In this document: positions 10,080 to 18,932 of the stretch, piece by piece
Position numbering within the stretch: position 1 is the stretch's first letter
How the letters are laid out: each line of letters opens with the position of its first letter
Origin: Nitrososphaeria archaeon
GTDB taxonomy: Archaea > Thermoproteota > Nitrososphaeria > JACIWG01
Assembly: GCA_963760525.1 (NCBI GenBank)
Contig: CAVXDT010000003.1
Span: forward strand, 18,448 to 82,447
DNA: 64,000 bases
Direction of reading: 5' to 3'
Translations under genes and position numbers: made by a program
The notes under the pieces: generated by a model
Database searches by the model: none
Told to the model about the DNA's origin: nothing
What the model saw: only the letters and a program-made list of their open reading frames with translations

Positions 10080-10372
10080 GAATGTCTACTTTTACCTGTT
10101 TAAGCGCAATAATGCAGTTTGCATTTGAACAGTTAGATAAAAAGTGCAGAGTCATACAAAAATTCTTCCTTTATCTTTTGCTGCTCCACCTATATTTGAA
10201 TATTTGTTTTTCAGGTTCTTAATTTGATTTTACTGATTTAGATTTTTTATCTAATTTAGGTATGTAGCATATAAAACAAGCCAATCTTCAAAATCTGGTT
10301 GGTCAAGTATTTTTCTATAGTATACTTTTGAATAAACTATTTTCAAGTAAAATTTATGGCAAGATATTCTGA

Positions 10373-11497
10373 TTAATGATTCTTCAAGTCAACAAGCATT
10401 TGGTCAATGGCTTTCTCTGATAGCGGTAAAGAGATCTTCTCCATAACCTCTGCCATTGCTACAACGTTTTCTCCAGGAACGAAATTCTCTGTTGACGCAA
10501 TAATCATTGTTCTATCTCCAGGGATCATAAGTTTCAACTGCTGAAGTAGATACTCTTTGACGAACCTGGGGCGAGGTCCCATTACAGTAGAAATAGCTGA
10601 AGGAAAGTTAATCCAGATAATCTTCTTCTTCCAAAGAGAGCGAGCTTTGTCAATCTGTAAATCACCCATTGGAGGAAGCGTAAAAGCCTCCACAATATCG
10701 ACTGCGGACCTTGAAATAAGTTCTGCAAGAGCTTTTAATTTTCCATCCATATGCACATCTAAAAGCTTTTTCTTCGAGTGCAACACTTTAGCTGCTTCTG
10801 AATAAGTTGGCAAATAGTATTTCCCAAAGAGGGAAGGGCTCACCAAGACACTGTCTATGTTTCCTCCATATAACACAACTTCTGATGGTGAGTCAGCAGC
10901 TATCGGAAACAGCTCCTCTTCATATTTCTTCTCAAGCAGTTCATAAACTTCTTGGACAATCTCTTGATTCTTTGCCAAGTCTATGAAAAGCCTATGTCCC
11001 ACCCATTCAATTATGAGTCTCTGTAAAGGTTCATAGGGCATTGTTGAGACAACAATTCCATCGTCTCCTAGTCGTATTGTCTGGTCTTCTATAGGATAGT
11101 AGTATGGCTTATAATGAATATTTTCTATGATAAATCTTAGAATCTTGTAGTCTTCAGGCTTTTTGACTAAGAACTGCGTCCTAAGAGGTTGTACTCCCTT
11201 CCAATCCCTGCCAAATAATGCAATACCATATCCTACGCCAACTCGTAATACTTCTGTTAAGCTTCCGATTGGAGTGTGAAAGGTTCTAATAAGTGAATTA
11301 GGTTCATTCTTTGTTACAATCTCCACATTAGATATTGATTCGATGTAAGAGGGCCTGTGGCAAACAAGACCCATTCCCAAGTTTCTTGCTTCTCTCTCTT
11401 TTTCTCCTCTTGGAAGATGACGATCCACATGTGCAAAAGGTAGTCTGTCAGGGATATCACCATACAACATAGTCAGTATTCTTTCTCTTGGGCTCAT
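10373..11497 (-). CDS. Uroporphyrinogen decarboxylase (URO-D) family protein, MtaA/CmuA-like methyltransferase fold
   Basis: 374 aa with an ATG start. The N-terminus MSPRERILTMLYGDIPDRLPFA and the overall length are typical of URO-D-like proteins. The assignment is by resemblance only. Confidence 0.45.
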   Translation of the reverse strand: MSPRERILTMLYGDIPDRLPFAHVDRHLPRGEKEREARNLGMGLVCHRPSYIESISNVEIVTKNEPNSLIRTFHTPIGSLTEVLRVGVGYGIALFGRDWKGVQPLRTQFLVKKPEDYKILRFIIENIHYKPYYYPIEDQTIRLGDDGIVVSTMPYEPLQRLIIEWVGHRLFIDLAKNQEIVQEVYELLEKKYEEELFPIAADSPSEVVLYGGNIDSVLVSPSLFGKYYLPTYSEAAKVLHSKKKLLDVHMDGKLKALAELISRSAVDIVEAFTLPPMGDLQIDKARSLWKKKIIWINFPSAISTVMGPRPRFVKEYLLQQLKLMIPGDRTMIIASTENFVPGENVVAMAEVMEKISLPLSEKAIDQMLVDLKNH

Positions 11498-11750
11498 AAC
11501 TCAGCACCTTGTAAGATCTCTTTACGATAAAGCTTATCTCTTCTTTAAAAATCTATTGATTGGACCACATGGCAATTGTATCATATAAGAATGGGAGCAA
11601 ATACTATCAAATGATGTTCCACAGGGCGATGGCAAGGAACGAAAACGCACAAATTGTTCTCAGGGTACTCTATTGATTGGAACCAAAGGATTGAGCTATA
11701 GTGGAACATAACTTATATTTCATTTCATAATATATTGATTGTTTAGAAAC

Positions 11751-12335
11751 TCAGATGTATGTTTGGCATCGACGACAATACCATCTTTGATGCTGGTAGA
11801 TATATTCGAGTGTTGTATGACATCTTGGGCATGTTGGCGGAACATATGGTTGAAAAGTAGTTAAACATCTAGTACAAAGCCATAAATTCCTTTTCTGCTT
11901 ATACTCTAAAGGCCCCCCACATGTTTTACATAAATATACTGGATATGATTGACAATTGTAACAATACCATCTGTTATACTCTTTGACATATGAGAGTTGT
12001 CCGTTGCAACTTGGGCATGTTGTATACGGCCCTATGATGTACATTTTCTTTTTAATGCATTCTTTGCATATGTATTTTCCTGCTAATTCACGTACACATT
12101 TTGAGCATATTTCGTCTCTACCACATTCTGTGCATGCAAAACCTTCACCAGACTTAACCGGAGCTCCACAAGATGGGCAATTATGTGTGGGAGTGTCTCT
12201 GACGACGGTTCTCTTGGTAGGATCCATAAAACGAAATGTTGAACCACAATTCTCACAAACAAACTCATCAGTTGCTGAACTTTTTCTGCGACATGGGGCT
12301 CCACAACGTGGGCATCGCACTTCAACGTTGGACAT
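11751..12335 (-). CDS. Multi-zinc-ribbon protein (12 CxxC pairs, about six zinc ribbons)
   Basis: 194 aa with CxxC pairs throughout. The C-terminal half has three tandem modules of about 30 aa: CPSCNGQLSYVKEYNRWYCYNCQSY, CKTCGGPLEYKQKRNLWLCTRCLTTF and CPRCHTTLEYIYQHQRWYCRRCQTYI. Confidence 0.6.
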   Translation of the reverse strand: MSNVEVRCPRCGAPCRRKSSATDEFVCENCGSTFRFMDPTKRTVVRDTPTHNCPSCGAPVKSGEGFACTECGRDEICSKCVRELAGKYICKECIKKKMYIIGPYTTCPSCNGQLSYVKEYNRWYCYNCQSYPVYLCKTCGGPLEYKQKRNLWLCTRCLTTFQPYVPPTCPRCHTTLEYIYQHQRWYCRRCQTYI

Positions 12336-12809
12336 ATTCCAATCCTTATTCTTATTTATCCTAAGCTCTAGTTATTATGCTTTAATTTCAATCTAGCCCT
12401 ATATTGTTGAACAAATTGACAAGATAGGTACAAAGCATTGGGAGCACACATTGATTCCGTGCTTTTTAATAAAAATTTTGCTGACTGGATTATGAAAAAC
12501 GGGGAATCAATCCCCTTTAGTAAGAAATGCACGTTATTGATATTTGTTGGTCAGCGAGGGATGATTATGCCAAGAGAGAGGTTTCAGAACTAAGGGAGAG
12601 GGTTGTAAGGCTGGAGGTAAAAGTTGATGAATTAAGCAAACGAGTTGAAAGCTTCTCAAGCTAGCTTAAAGAACCCTTCAATTATTCGCAGCGTCCAGCT
12701 AAGATAAATATGTGAACTTTCGATAATAAATAAGCAAAGCAATATAATGCCTTTTCTCACGATAATAGTACGTGTAGTTGCCCAAAACAAAAAAAGAGAA
12801 GAAGGGGAG

Positions 12810-13268
12810 TTATGGAGGTGGTGGTGGCGGTGGTGGCACATATTGTGGCGGGGCGTATTGTGTGGATGCTACCTCTCCTTTTCCGAAGAATGCTTTGACA
12901 TTCGGCCTGAACAAGTACCAAATTATAAGTCCGTCAATTATGAGTCCAACGATTCCTGAAGGAAGTGACGCAAGCGAAGTCACTGCGCCAAGAGCAGAGA
13001 ATACGAGTTGTACAATCCATGCCCATCCACTGCCATTCCACAAACCATATCCTAATAAGAAAGCAATTATTGCCACTATTATCACTATTCCTCCGATAAC
13101 AGCAAATAGACCTGTGAAGACGCCATAGAAAGGCACCATTCCAGATATCATGCTTTCTAACATTGAGCTCGCAGCAACTAGTATTATTCCACCAATCAAC
13201 GCAAGAATGCCTCCTATTATCTCAAGGACAGCGAGTATTGTTATCCCAAGTGGTCTTTGCCTATACAT
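12810..13268 (-). CDS. Small membrane protein with a C-terminal polyproline tail
   Basis: Four hydrophobic Gly-rich helices, then ...QYAPPQYVPPPPPPPP at the C-terminus. ATG start. The opposite-strand ORFs are low-complexity shadows. Confidence 0.55.
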   Translation of the reverse strand: MYRQRPLGITILAVLEIIGGILALIGGIILVAASSMLESMISGMVPFYGVFTGLFAVIGGIVIIVAIIAFLLGYGLWNGSGWAWIVQLVFSALGAVTSLASLPSGIVGLIIDGLIIWYLFRPNVKAFFGKGEVASTQYAPPQYVPPPPPPPP

Positions 13269-13462
13269 TATCTCTAAAATTAATAGGTTTATGTATTTAA
13301 ACTTTCATTTGATTAGGGAAATTTTGAAAGATCTATATTTCTACAAATATATCTGTTAAGGCATCGAATTTAGGCGCTCACATATTGCAAAAAGCGGATT
13401 TTTGAGAATTAGAGTATTTGGGTTTGATTTGCAATCTCAATTAATGGCTTAATAAGCTTCAT

Positions 13463-14467
13463 CTATTTTAGCAGTTCTATCGTTGTGCCCATGTTCTTAG
13501 CTAGTGCCTTTTTGTAGATAGTATGTCCGACCATAACATCCAATATAGCTAGTCCTGTTGAGTCAAATATGGTTATCTCTGATTTATTGGCTCGTCCTTT
13601 CTTTTTTCCTATGATGATTTCTCCTAGCTCTGCGTAGACATCTTCCTTCTTCAGCATTCCAGTTGATATAGGGTGATTTATCTCTCCTGAATGTATGGTC
13701 TGTTCTAAATCATCAACAACGATTTTTCCATTCTTCAGTATCTCTGGGTCTAGTTCCCTTTTTCCTGGTGCGTCAGCTCCTATTGCATTTATGTGAACCC
13801 CTTCCTTCAGCCAATTCATGTATACAATAGGAGATCTTGAGGGTGTTGAAGTTACTAGCACATCAGCTCTTTCTACTACATCTTTTGATGTTTCCATCAC
13901 TGAAGCTTGAGGGGAGATACCTTTTTCGGTGATATATGCAGCTAACTTTTCAGATACCTTTGGGTCTATGTCAAAGATCTTTACTTCTTCAATGTGCATG
14001 ATTCGGGATATTGCCATAGCTTGAGTATATGCTTGGGTTCCAGCTCCTATCATACCCAAGATCCTCGAATCTTTCCTTGCCAAGTATCTTGTAGCTACAG
14101 CACTCGCAGCACCAGTTCTAAATGAGGTTATTTTTGTTCCATCCATTATGGCTAGGGGTCTACCTGTATGTGTGTCTACCATTTCTATGATTGCCATTAC
14201 ACTTGGCAGGCCAATCTTCTTGTTCTTGGAATGTGAGTTCACGATCTTAACTCCTGCAATGTCTAAATTCTCAAGATATGCGGGCATTGTTCGAAGGTCT
14301 CCCCAATAGGCATCGAAGTTCAAATATATTTTAGGGGGCATCTGAACCTTCTTCATCCCTTTTTCTTTGAAAGCTTTCTCAACGCCTTCAATTACTTCAT
14401 CAATATCCAGAAGCTCATCGATTTCTCTCCAAGTTAAGAGTAAAACATCATTCATATATACCAGCAA
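13463..14467 (-). CDS. Ornithine cyclodeaminase/mu-crystallin family enzyme, paralog 2
   Basis: Rossmann motif LGMIGAGTQA, with MPAY and SFRTGA segments. The track start is TTG. An ATG (MNDVLLL...) lies at 14455. Confidence 0.75.
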   Translation of the reverse strand: MLVYMNDVLLLTWREIDELLDIDEVIEGVEKAFKEKGMKKVQMPPKIYLNFDAYWGDLRTMPAYLENLDIAGVKIVNSHSKNKKIGLPSVMAIIEMVDTHTGRPLAIMDGTKITSFRTGAASAVATRYLARKDSRILGMIGAGTQAYTQAMAISRIMHIEEVKIFDIDPKVSEKLAAYITEKGISPQASVMETSKDVVERADVLVTSTPSRSPIVYMNWLKEGVHINAIGADAPGKRELDPEILKNGKIVVDDLEQTIHSGEINHPISTGMLKKEDVYAELGEIIIGKKKGRANKSEITIFDSTGLAILDVMVGHTIYKKALAKNMGTTIELLK

Positions 14468-14577
14468 TAATAGCGTTTTGCTTTACTAAAAGGTTTACTA
14501 TTCTTGAACCATGTCGTTTTCAAACTTGCACATTAGCTTACCATGTTAGATTTACGTGTACCAGTTCACGTTGAAGT

Positions 14578-15138
14578 TTGAGTTTCCTTTTAGGAATCTT
14601 AAAAAAAGGGCTTTCTTTTGATAAAATCGGGAAAGACTTGATTAAGCTCGTTGTGATGGATGCTGATGGCACTATCTGGAATCATCATAGTGTATCAGGA
14701 CTTGTAAGCCCATTCAGATTGATATCAAGAGATGTTGCTGAAGACAGATATGGAGAAAAAGTCACGTTGAAAGAAAGATTAAGGGAATTCTTAGAATTTG
14801 CCAAGCATGAAAGGATAATGGTGTCTTTGGCGAGTTGGAATGAGCCCGAGAATGTCTTTGAGCTTTTATCTGTCTTTAAAATATCTGATTATCTTGTTTA
14901 TCCGATGGCAGAACCACATCCAAACAAGAATTTAATGATCAAGAAAATATTAGCCAATCTAGAAATGAACGGAACAAGGGTTCACCCAGAAGAAGTTCTG
15001 TACATTGACGATAGAGATATTCACTTAATGAAAGTAAGAGAGAGTATTGGCAACGTGAGCTTCCTAAAGTTTGGCTATGATGTCGGAAGCTGGCAAGATG
15101 TCATAAATAAGTTAAGCCTTATGATTGACTGGGAATAA
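14578..15138 (+). CDS. HAD-superfamily phosphatase, MDP-1-like
   Basis: DxDxT motif in VVMDADGTIW, SLASWN (motif II-like) and a distal IDDRD acidic motif. The start codon is uncertain, with TTG candidates at 14578 and 14638. Confidence 0.55.
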   Translation: MSFLLGILKKGLSFDKIGKDLIKLVVMDADGTIWNHHSVSGLVSPFRLISRDVAEDRYGEKVTLKERLREFLEFAKHERIMVSLASWNEPENVFELLSVFKISDYLVYPMAEPHPNKNLMIKKILANLEMNGTRVHPEEVLYIDDRDIHLMKVRESIGNVSFLKFGYDVGSWQDVINKLSLMIDWE

Positions 15139-15279
15139 CCACTTTTTTCTTAGGTTCTAATAAAAGTCTCTGCTAATCCTAAGCCTATTCACTAATGCGA
15201 TTCAGTATTAAATATCATTTTGTTTATATTTCATTAAACTTAATAGCCTTAAAGAAGACTGTATTGGTCAAGAGATAAG

Positions 15280-16458
15280 TTGGCCCTTGGAAAGAAAGAT
15301 TTGAAGGATATTTTAGTTAATTATGATAATAAGAAAATCACGATTGGCGTCCTAGGTTCTCATTCAGCTGAAGAAGTAGGTGTTGCTGCGAAGGTCTTTG
15401 GCTTCCCTACAGTAGTTGTATGTCAGAAAGGCCGAGAAGAGTTATATGTAAAATACAATAAGCATATCTTCGACCACAGCATTATTCTGGACAAATTCTC
15501 TGACATAATCCAAGAAAGCGTCCAAAAACAGCTTAGGAACCTGAACACAATTTTCCTTCCGAATCGTTCTTTTGCAGTTTACACAGGCTATAAAGAAATT
15601 GAGGAGAAATTCTTTGTCCCGATTTATGGGAACAGGAATATGCTCAGGACCGAAGAAAGGAAACAGGCAAGGAATCAGTATTGGCTTCTTGATCAGTCTA
15701 AAGTGAGAACACCCAAGAGATTCGCGCATCCTGAGGACATAGACAGGCTTGTAATAGTCAAGATTCGGCAGAAAAACAAGCTGCTTGAGAGAGCTTTCTT
15801 TACAGCATCAACTCCGGAACAGTATAGGGCTAAAGCAGAGAAGTTAGCATCACAAGGGATAATAGACCTAGATGATTTGAAAGAATCCATAATAGAAGAA
15901 TATGTTATCGGTCCCAGATTTAACGCTAATTTTCAGGCTTGGGCTCTAAAAGATGTATTTGGGGAATTTGACTTTTTAGGCTTTGATGACAGAAGGCAGG
16001 TCAACCTCCAAGGAATCCTAAACCTTACAGCTAAAGAGCAATTGGAACTTGACATCGCAGTGAAGAACGAAGAGATAGGTCATTTCGGTGTTACCATGAG
16101 AGAATCCCAGAAACCTTTAGCCTACAGCTCAGCAGAAAGGTTTCTAAAAGTTTGTGAGAGGGAGTATCCTCCTGGACTTATTGGGCCTTTTGCTCTACAA
16201 GGATCAGTGGCGTATGACCCAGAAGACCGAGAAGGTCGAAAGCTGGACTTCTTTGTTTTTGACGTTAGCCCTCGGATACCGGGCTCTCCAAGTGTTGGCC
16301 CAACCTCGCCTGAGATGAGAAGACTGTTTTTGAAATATCGTGAGCTAGCGCAGAGTTTGGGCTTGAACATTCAATGTTTAGAATCTGTCTTAGATTTTCC
16401 TATGCTGGAGGTATGTTATGCTGCCCGCAAGAAGAGGCTAGAGGAGATAGTAACATGA
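15280..16458 (+). CDS. purP: 5-formaminoimidazole-4-carboxamide ribonucleotide (FAICAR) synthetase PurP, paralog 1
   Basis: ATP-grasp enzyme with the PurP N-terminus (ILVNYDNKKITIGVLGSHSA), plus FVPIYGNRNMLRTEER and GPFALQG motifs. TTG start. Confidence 0.8.
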   Translation: MALGKKDLKDILVNYDNKKITIGVLGSHSAEEVGVAAKVFGFPTVVVCQKGREELYVKYNKHIFDHSIILDKFSDIIQESVQKQLRNLNTIFLPNRSFAVYTGYKEIEEKFFVPIYGNRNMLRTEERKQARNQYWLLDQSKVRTPKRFAHPEDIDRLVIVKIRQKNKLLERAFFTASTPEQYRAKAEKLASQGIIDLDDLKESIIEEYVIGPRFNANFQAWALKDVFGEFDFLGFDDRRQVNLQGILNLTAKEQLELDIAVKNEEIGHFGVTMRESQKPLAYSSAERFLKVCEREYPPGLIGPFALQGSVAYDPEDREGRKLDFFVFDVSPRIPGSPSVGPTSPEMRRLFLKYRELAQSLGLNIQCLESVLDFPMLEVCYAARKKRLEEIVT

Positions 16459-16499
16459 TTAGCCGTAAGGAAATTCTTAATATTTTGTCCGAACTATGA
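16455..16499 (+). CDS. 14-codon micro-ORF (MISRKEILNILSEL) corresponding to the conserved PurP N-terminus, out of frame with the purP-2 body
   Basis: Its ATG overlaps the purP-1 stop (ATGA at 16455-16458). Its TGA overlaps the purP-2 ATG (ATGA at 16496-16499). The peptide resembles the M. jannaschii PurP N-terminus (MISKDEILEIFDKY, recalled from memory). Confidence 0.3.
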   Translation: MISRKEILNILSEL

Positions 16500-17554
16500 T
16501 TTGGAAAAATCTTTCTATTGCTACTATATGTTCCCATTCAGCTCTTCAGATCTTCCATGGTGCAAAGAAAGAAGGCTTTAAGACGGTTGGCATTTGTCTA
16601 GCTGATCGTAAGCCGTTCTATGAATCGTTTCCAGAAGCCTCACCTGATGAATTCATAATCATCGATGACTACAAAGACGTCTTAGGAGCGAAGGTTCAAG
16701 AAAAGCTGGTAAGATCAAATTCTATAGTAATAGCTCACGGCTCCTTTGTAGAATACTTGGGTGCTAAGAATCTTTTAGAAAGTTTCTATGTTCCTACATA
16801 TGGAAACAGACATGTCCTTGATTGGGAAGGTGACAGGGCGAAGCAATATGAATGGTTTAGAAAGGCAGGCCTAAAGGTTCCCAAAATCTTCAAAAATCCT
16901 TCTGAAATCGATAGGCTTGCTTTTGTCAAAGTTCATGGAGCAAGAGGTGGTCAAGGATATTTCAAAGTCAGTAGTCCCAAAGAATTTCATGAGAAGCTTG
17001 ATGAAAAAATTAAGAAGAAATTGCTTAAGCCTGAAGACAAGATTATGATACAAGAATTTATAGCTGGAGTTCGCTACTATCCCCATTACTTCTATACAGA
17101 AATTCATCCCAGAGGGTTGAAACTTAGGACTGGGGGAATAGAACTTTTAAGTATGGATCGAAGATTGGAACCTATTGATGAAATTTATAGAGGATTGCCT
17201 GACATCGTACCGGAATTCCTTGATTATACTGTCACAGGAAACCAGCCTGTGGTGATTAGAGAAAGCTTACTCCCAGAAATTCTTAGATTAGGTTCTAAGT
17301 TAGTAGAAGCTTCTGCTGACCTCTTTCCTCCCGGCTTACTAGGACCTTTCTGTCTGGAAACAATCTACAGTCCAGATCATGGTTTCGTGGTCTTCGAAGT
17401 TTCTGCTCGCATAGTTGCTGGGACAAATCTTTATCCAGAAGGCTCTTCTTATACACCATACTTGTTTAAGGAATCGATGTCCACAGGCAGAAGAATAGCC
17501 TTGAACATAAAGGAAGCCTTAACAGAGAAAAAGCTAGAAGAACTTATTTATTAA
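16496..17554 (+). CDS. purP: PurP paralog 2 (FAICAR synthetase family), main body
   Basis: SIATICSHSALQI, YVPTYGNRHVL, GPFCLE and VFEVSARIVAGTN motifs. See the finding on its detached N-terminus. Confidence 0.8.
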   Translation: MIWKNLSIATICSHSALQIFHGAKKEGFKTVGICLADRKPFYESFPEASPDEFIIIDDYKDVLGAKVQEKLVRSNSIVIAHGSFVEYLGAKNLLESFYVPTYGNRHVLDWEGDRAKQYEWFRKAGLKVPKIFKNPSEIDRLAFVKVHGARGGQGYFKVSSPKEFHEKLDEKIKKKLLKPEDKIMIQEFIAGVRYYPHYFYTEIHPRGLKLRTGGIELLSMDRRLEPIDEIYRGLPDIVPEFLDYTVTGNQPVVIRESLLPEILRLGSKLVEASADLFPPGLLGPFCLETIYSPDHGFVVFEVSARIVAGTNLYPEGSSYTPYLFKESMSTGRRIALNIKEALTEKKLEELIY

Positions 17555-17616
17555 TGCCATTTACGATATATTCAGAAAGCAAATTATAAAAGTAGGAGTC
17601 TTTATTCAATGGTGAT

Positions 17617-18900
17617 ATGAGCCCAGAGCATATAAGATGTTTTATTCCGGTCGGTGGCCAAGCAAAGAGATTAAGGCCTTTAACTTACGATGTATCAAAA
17701 CCGTGCGTAAGGTTCTTGAACAGGCCACTGATTGAGTTCGCCATGGCGACTTTGGCTGAACAGGGTGTAAGAAACTTCATCTTTGGGGAGCAGGGTTTTA
17801 CCAACTACACCAACCTTTTTGACCAATATGGAGAAGGTGTTGGTTTCTCTGCAAAGTATAATATTCAACCAAGAGTTCACATCAAACATCAGCCAAACGT
17901 AGATGACTTGGGTAGTGCAGATTCTTATAGAATTAACATGGAATATTATGATGTCAAAGACCCAGTGATTGTTGTGCAAGGAGATAGCCTCTTTGACATT
18001 AATCTGGGAGGGCTTATCAAAAGACATCAAGAAAAAGGCGCGGTGATGACAATGGCTCTGGCCAAAGTGGGCAATCCAGAAGGTTTTGGCATAGTGGAGA
18101 TGCAGAACGATTTTAAAATTAAGAATTTTATAGAAAAGCCTTCAGCAACGGGCGCAAAAAGCTATCTTGCTAACGCAGGTATCTACATGCTCTCTCCAGA
18201 AGTGCGAAAGATAGTCAATAGTGAAAAGGTCGGAAAGATAATTGAAGAGAAAAAAAGGCTGGATTTTGGATACGATCTCATACCCTATCTTATAGATAAT
18301 GGCTTTCCAGTCTATGGCTACGAATTGGATGTTTGGTATGATATTGGAAATCCAGAAAGTTATCTCAAGGCTATGATTGATGTACTCTATGGCAAATTAA
18401 ATATAAGAGTTTCAGAAGAGCGGATCTTGCCAAATACGAATGTCTGGGTTCAAGGTTATAGTGAAGAATCTGTGAAGAGACGCGCAGAAATAGTCAATCA
18501 GTATAAAGAAGGAAGGCTGTCAATAGGAGGATCCGCCCTTATAGGTCGTCATACAAGAATAGGTGAAAATTGTGCAATTTCCGATTCGAATATTGACAAT
18601 TACGTAATATTAGAAAAAAAGGTCAGAGTGGAAGGATCTGCAATAATGGATGCAGCAAAGATTGGAAGTTATGCCAATATCACGAAAAGCATAATTGGCA
18701 GAAAAGTCGTTATAGAGTCAACTCAAGAGAAACCAACGTTTATCGAATCTACTTCAGTAATAGGAAACTCTGCTCATATTAGAGAAGGCTGTAGACTGAT
18801 ACGGACTAAGGTTAATCCTAACCTGGTGATTCCGCCAAGTACGACATATGTGGACAAGTTCCTGCAAGACTACTATGATGTTGTTCAGTTTGCTTCCTAG
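17617..18900 (+). CDS. Sugar-1-phosphate nucleotidylyltransferase with a C-terminal left-handed beta-helix domain (GlmU/ST0452-like)
   Basis: N-terminal NTP-transferase signature PVGGQAKRLRPLT. The C-terminal third contains hexapeptide-like repeats (IGENCAISDSNI..., IGSYANITKSII...). Confidence 0.7.
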   Translation: MSPEHIRCFIPVGGQAKRLRPLTYDVSKPCVRFLNRPLIEFAMATLAEQGVRNFIFGEQGFTNYTNLFDQYGEGVGFSAKYNIQPRVHIKHQPNVDDLGSADSYRINMEYYDVKDPVIVVQGDSLFDINLGGLIKRHQEKGAVMTMALAKVGNPEGFGIVEMQNDFKIKNFIEKPSATGAKSYLANAGIYMLSPEVRKIVNSEKVGKIIEEKKRLDFGYDLIPYLIDNGFPVYGYELDVWYDIGNPESYLKAMIDVLYGKLNIRVSEERILPNTNVWVQGYSEESVKRRAEIVNQYKEGRLSIGGSALIGRHTRIGENCAISDSNIDNYVILEKKVRVEGSAIMDAAKIGSYANITKSIIGRKVVIESTQEKPTFIESTSVIGNSAHIREGCRLIRTKVNPNLVIPPSTTYVDKFLQDYYDVVQFAS

Positions 18901-18932
18901 AAAACAAATTTTAGACAAACCGTGACCAAATA

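Noticed and set aside
12527-12664. 45-codon ORF encoding a coiled-coil-like peptide (MHVIDILWSARDDYAKREVSELRERVVRLEVKVDELSKRVESFSS), with the nearby GGGGA-ATCAA-TCCCC hairpin at 12501-12515
   Set aside because: It is plausible as a small protein, but I can cite no homology, Shine-Dalgarno sequence or conservation evidence. The hairpin is short. The evidence is too weak to call.
12747-13128. Plus-strand ORFs including a poly-Gly protein (12778..13128)
   Set aside because: They mirror the minus-strand polyproline membrane protein. The minus-strand product has coherent TM helices and an ATG start, while the plus-strand translations are compositionally odd.
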